Source: an uncultured Gemmatimonadales bacterium (GTDB lineage Bacteria > Gemmatimonadota > Gemmatimonadetes > Longimicrobiales > RSA9). From it: a DNA stretch of 64,000 bases. Within the stretch, counting starts at the first letter, position 1, and each line of letters starts with the position of its first letter. Below, piece after piece: positions 61,894 through 64,000 of the stretch. The stretch lies in assembly GCA_963816355.1 (NCBI GenBank), contig CAWFKH010000006.1, positions 128,001-192,000 of the forward strand. Direction: 5' to 3'. A program made the position numbers and the translations under genes. A model generated the notes under the pieces. That model ran no database searches. It was not told where the DNA came from and worked only from the letters and a program-made list of their open reading frames with translations.

Positions 61894-63906
61894 ATGCCGA
61901 TCACGTCCAGCACGCTCCCCGCCGAAGGTCGCCGCCGCGTCGTCGTCGAAAGTGTCCAGCCGGTGGTGGACGGCGGACGCTTCCGGGCGAAGCGGTGCGT
62001 GGGCGACGAAGTGGTCGTCGAGGCGGACGCCTTCACCGACGGGCACGACTCGATCGCGTGCGTGCTGCGGCACCGTCGTGAAGAGGACGAGGCGTGGACG
62101 GAGACGGCGATGGACGCGCTCGGCAACGACCGCTGGCGGGGCAGGTTCCGCGCGCTGACGCTCGGCCGCTACCGCTTCGCGATCGTGGCCTGGGTGGACC
62201 ATTTCGCCACGTGGCGGAAGGACATGTTCAAGCGCGTGGAGGCGGGGCAGGACGTGGCGGTGGACCTGCGGATCGGCGCGGCGTGGGCGGAGGGCGCGAT
62301 GGAGCGCTCGGCCCGGTCGCGGCCGGCGGATGCGGCGCGGCTGCGGGAGCTGTGCGCGGTGCTTCGCGAGGGCGGCCCCGAGGGCGTGAAGGTCGCGCTG
62401 TCGGATGAGCTTGCGACGCTCGTCGGGCGGCATCCGGACCGCCGCTACGCGACGGAGCACGACCCCGGTCTGGCCGTGGTCGTCGACCCGGTGCTGGGGC
62501 GCTACAGCACGTGGTACGAGCTGTTTCCGCGCTCGGCCTCGCCGGAGCCGGGGCGGCACGGCACGTTCGCCGACGTCGAGGCGCGGTTGCCGGAGATCGA
62601 GGCGATGGGGTTCGACATCGTGTACCTGCCGCCGATCCACCCGATCGGCAGGGCGCGCCGGAAGGGCCGCAACAACGAAGTGGAGGCGGAGCCGGGGGCG
62701 GTGGGCAGCCCGTGGGCGATCGGTGCGGCGGAAGGCGGCCACGACGCGGTGCACCCGGAGCTGGGGGATGCGAAGGCGTTCCGTCGGCTGGTGCGCGTGG
62801 CACGCGAGCGGCACGGGATCGAGGTGGCGCTCGACATCGCGTTCCAGGCGTCGCCCGACCATCCGTACGCGACGGAGCACCCGGAGTGGTTCCGTGCGCG
62901 GCCGGACGGCACCATCCAGTACGCGGAGAACCCGCCGAAGAAGTACCAGGACATCTACCCGTTCGACTTCGAGTCGGCGGAGTGGCGCCCGCTGTGGGAG
63001 GAGCTGAAGCGGATCTTCGATCACTGGATCGAGCAGGGGGTGCGGGTGTTCCGCGTGGACAACCCGCACACGAAGCCGTTCCCGTTCTGGGAGTGGCTGA
63101 TCGAAGCGATCAAGGAGGAACGGCCGGACGTGCTCTTCCTCGCCGAGGCGTTCACGCGCCCGAAGGTGATGTACCGCCTGGCGAAGCTCGGCTTCTCGCA
63201 GTCGTACACGTACTTCGCGTGGCGCAACGCGAAGTGGGAGCTGGAGGAGTACCTGCGGGAGGTGACGCGGCCCCCGGTCTCGGATTTCTTCCGGCCCAAC
63301 TTCTGGACGAACACGCCGGACATCCTGACGGAGTTTCTGCAGAGCGGAGGCCGGCCGGCCTTCCTGACCCGGCTCGTGCTCGCGGCGACGATCGCCGCGA
63401 GCTACGGCATCTACGGACCGGCGTACGAGCTGCTGGAGAACCGGCCGCTGCGGCCGGGCAGCGAGGAGTACCTGGACTCGGAAAAGTACCAGATCCGCGC
63501 CTGGGATCTCGAGCGCGCGGACAACCTGCGCGACTTCATCACGCGCGTGAACCGGATCCGTCGCGAGCACGCCGCGCTGCAGCGCAACGACACGCTGCGC
63601 TTCCACCCGATCGACAACGACCAGCTCATCGCCTACAGCAAGCACGACGACGGCCACGACCTCGTGCTCACGGTGGTCAACCTCGATCCGCACCACACGC
63701 AGAGCGGATGGATCGAGCTGCCCCTGGAGGAGCTCGGGATCGACGCCGCCGAGCCGTACCGGGTGCACGACCTGCTCGGCGACGGCCGCTACGTCTGGCA
63801 CGGCGCGCGCAACTTCGTCGAGCTGAACCCGCACGTGCTGCCGGCGCACATCTTCCGCATCCACCGCGGCGTGAGGACGGAGAAGGAGTTCGAGTACTAT
63901 GCGTGA
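61894..63906 (+). CDS. glgE: Alpha-1,4-glucan:maltose-1-phosphate maltosyltransferase
   Basis: WYELFPRS, YLPPIHPIG, AENPPKKYQDIYP, FRVDNPHTKP, FLAEAFT, NTPDIL, SEKYQ. Confidence 0.96.
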   Translation: MPITSSTLPAEGRRRVVVESVQPVVDGGRFRAKRCVGDEVVVEADAFTDGHDSIACVLRHRREEDEAWTETAMDALGNDRWRGRFRALTLGRYRFAIVAWVDHFATWRKDMFKRVEAGQDVAVDLRIGAAWAEGAMERSARSRPADAARLRELCAVLREGGPEGVKVALSDELATLVGRHPDRRYATEHDPGLAVVVDPVLGRYSTWYELFPRSASPEPGRHGTFADVEARLPEIEAMGFDIVYLPPIHPIGRARRKGRNNEVEAEPGAVGSPWAIGAAEGGHDAVHPELGDAKAFRRLVRVARERHGIEVALDIAFQASPDHPYATEHPEWFRARPDGTIQYAENPPKKYQDIYPFDFESAEWRPLWEELKRIFDHWIEQGVRVFRVDNPHTKPFPFWEWLIEAIKEERPDVLFLAEAFTRPKVMYRLAKLGFSQSYTYFAWRNAKWELEEYLREVTRPPVSDFFRPNFWTNTPDILTEFLQSGGRPAFLTRLVLAATIAASYGIYGPAYELLENRPLRPGSEEYLDSEKYQIRAWDLERADNLRDFITRVNRIRREHAALQRNDTLRFHPIDNDQLIAYSKHDDGHDLVLTVVNLDPHHTQSGWIELPLEELGIDAAEPYRVHDLLGDGRYVWHGARNFVELNPHVLPAHIFRIHRGVRTEKEFEYYA

Positions 63907-64000
63907 GGGATGGGAGGGGGGCGCAGCGGGTGAAGGTCGGGCGCAGGCGGCGCGGCGGGAGGAGCGGCCGGCGGCGCCGGGGGATGGGGCGAGCGATCCG

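Overview
This is a very GC-rich bacterial chromosomal window; gene content and style suggest Gemmatimonadota, which is an inference. It holds about 45 mostly housekeeping genes: tricorn-type S41 protease, ppc, recQ, yajQ, csp, rpsU, mprF, mgtE, thiI, bcp, pncA, ispG and glgE. Near the left end is a nested IS graveyard: an IS256 remnant, a full-length ISL3 with IRs and 8-bp TSD but a frameshifted transposase, and an IS21 remnant. The 40.9-56.5 kb region is the most interesting. (i) A 4-hydroxybenzoyl-CoA-reductase-like (HcrC/A/B) molybdoenzyme has its FAD/[4Fe-4S] subunit displaced 3.5 kb downstream, and it sits divergent from a translationally coupled mocA-xdhC-xdhC'-amino-acid dehydrogenase-BNR propeller-thiI operon. 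(ii) A GEMM-I cyclic-dinucleotide riboswitch carries A at the position-20 specificity site (cGAMP-type) and lies upstream of an unannotated ~62-aa membrane peptide. (iii) A ~600-nt densely structured non-coding region has its own sigma70-type promoter and a 6S-like rod domain. (iv) An adjacent AT-rich cluster of phased DnaA boxes is oriC-like. Single-base frameshifts in ppc and a DUF5916 gene may be assembly errors. Most long overlapping ORFs in the supplied track are GC-rich shadow ORFs. All family assignments come from motif recognition by eye; no searches were run.
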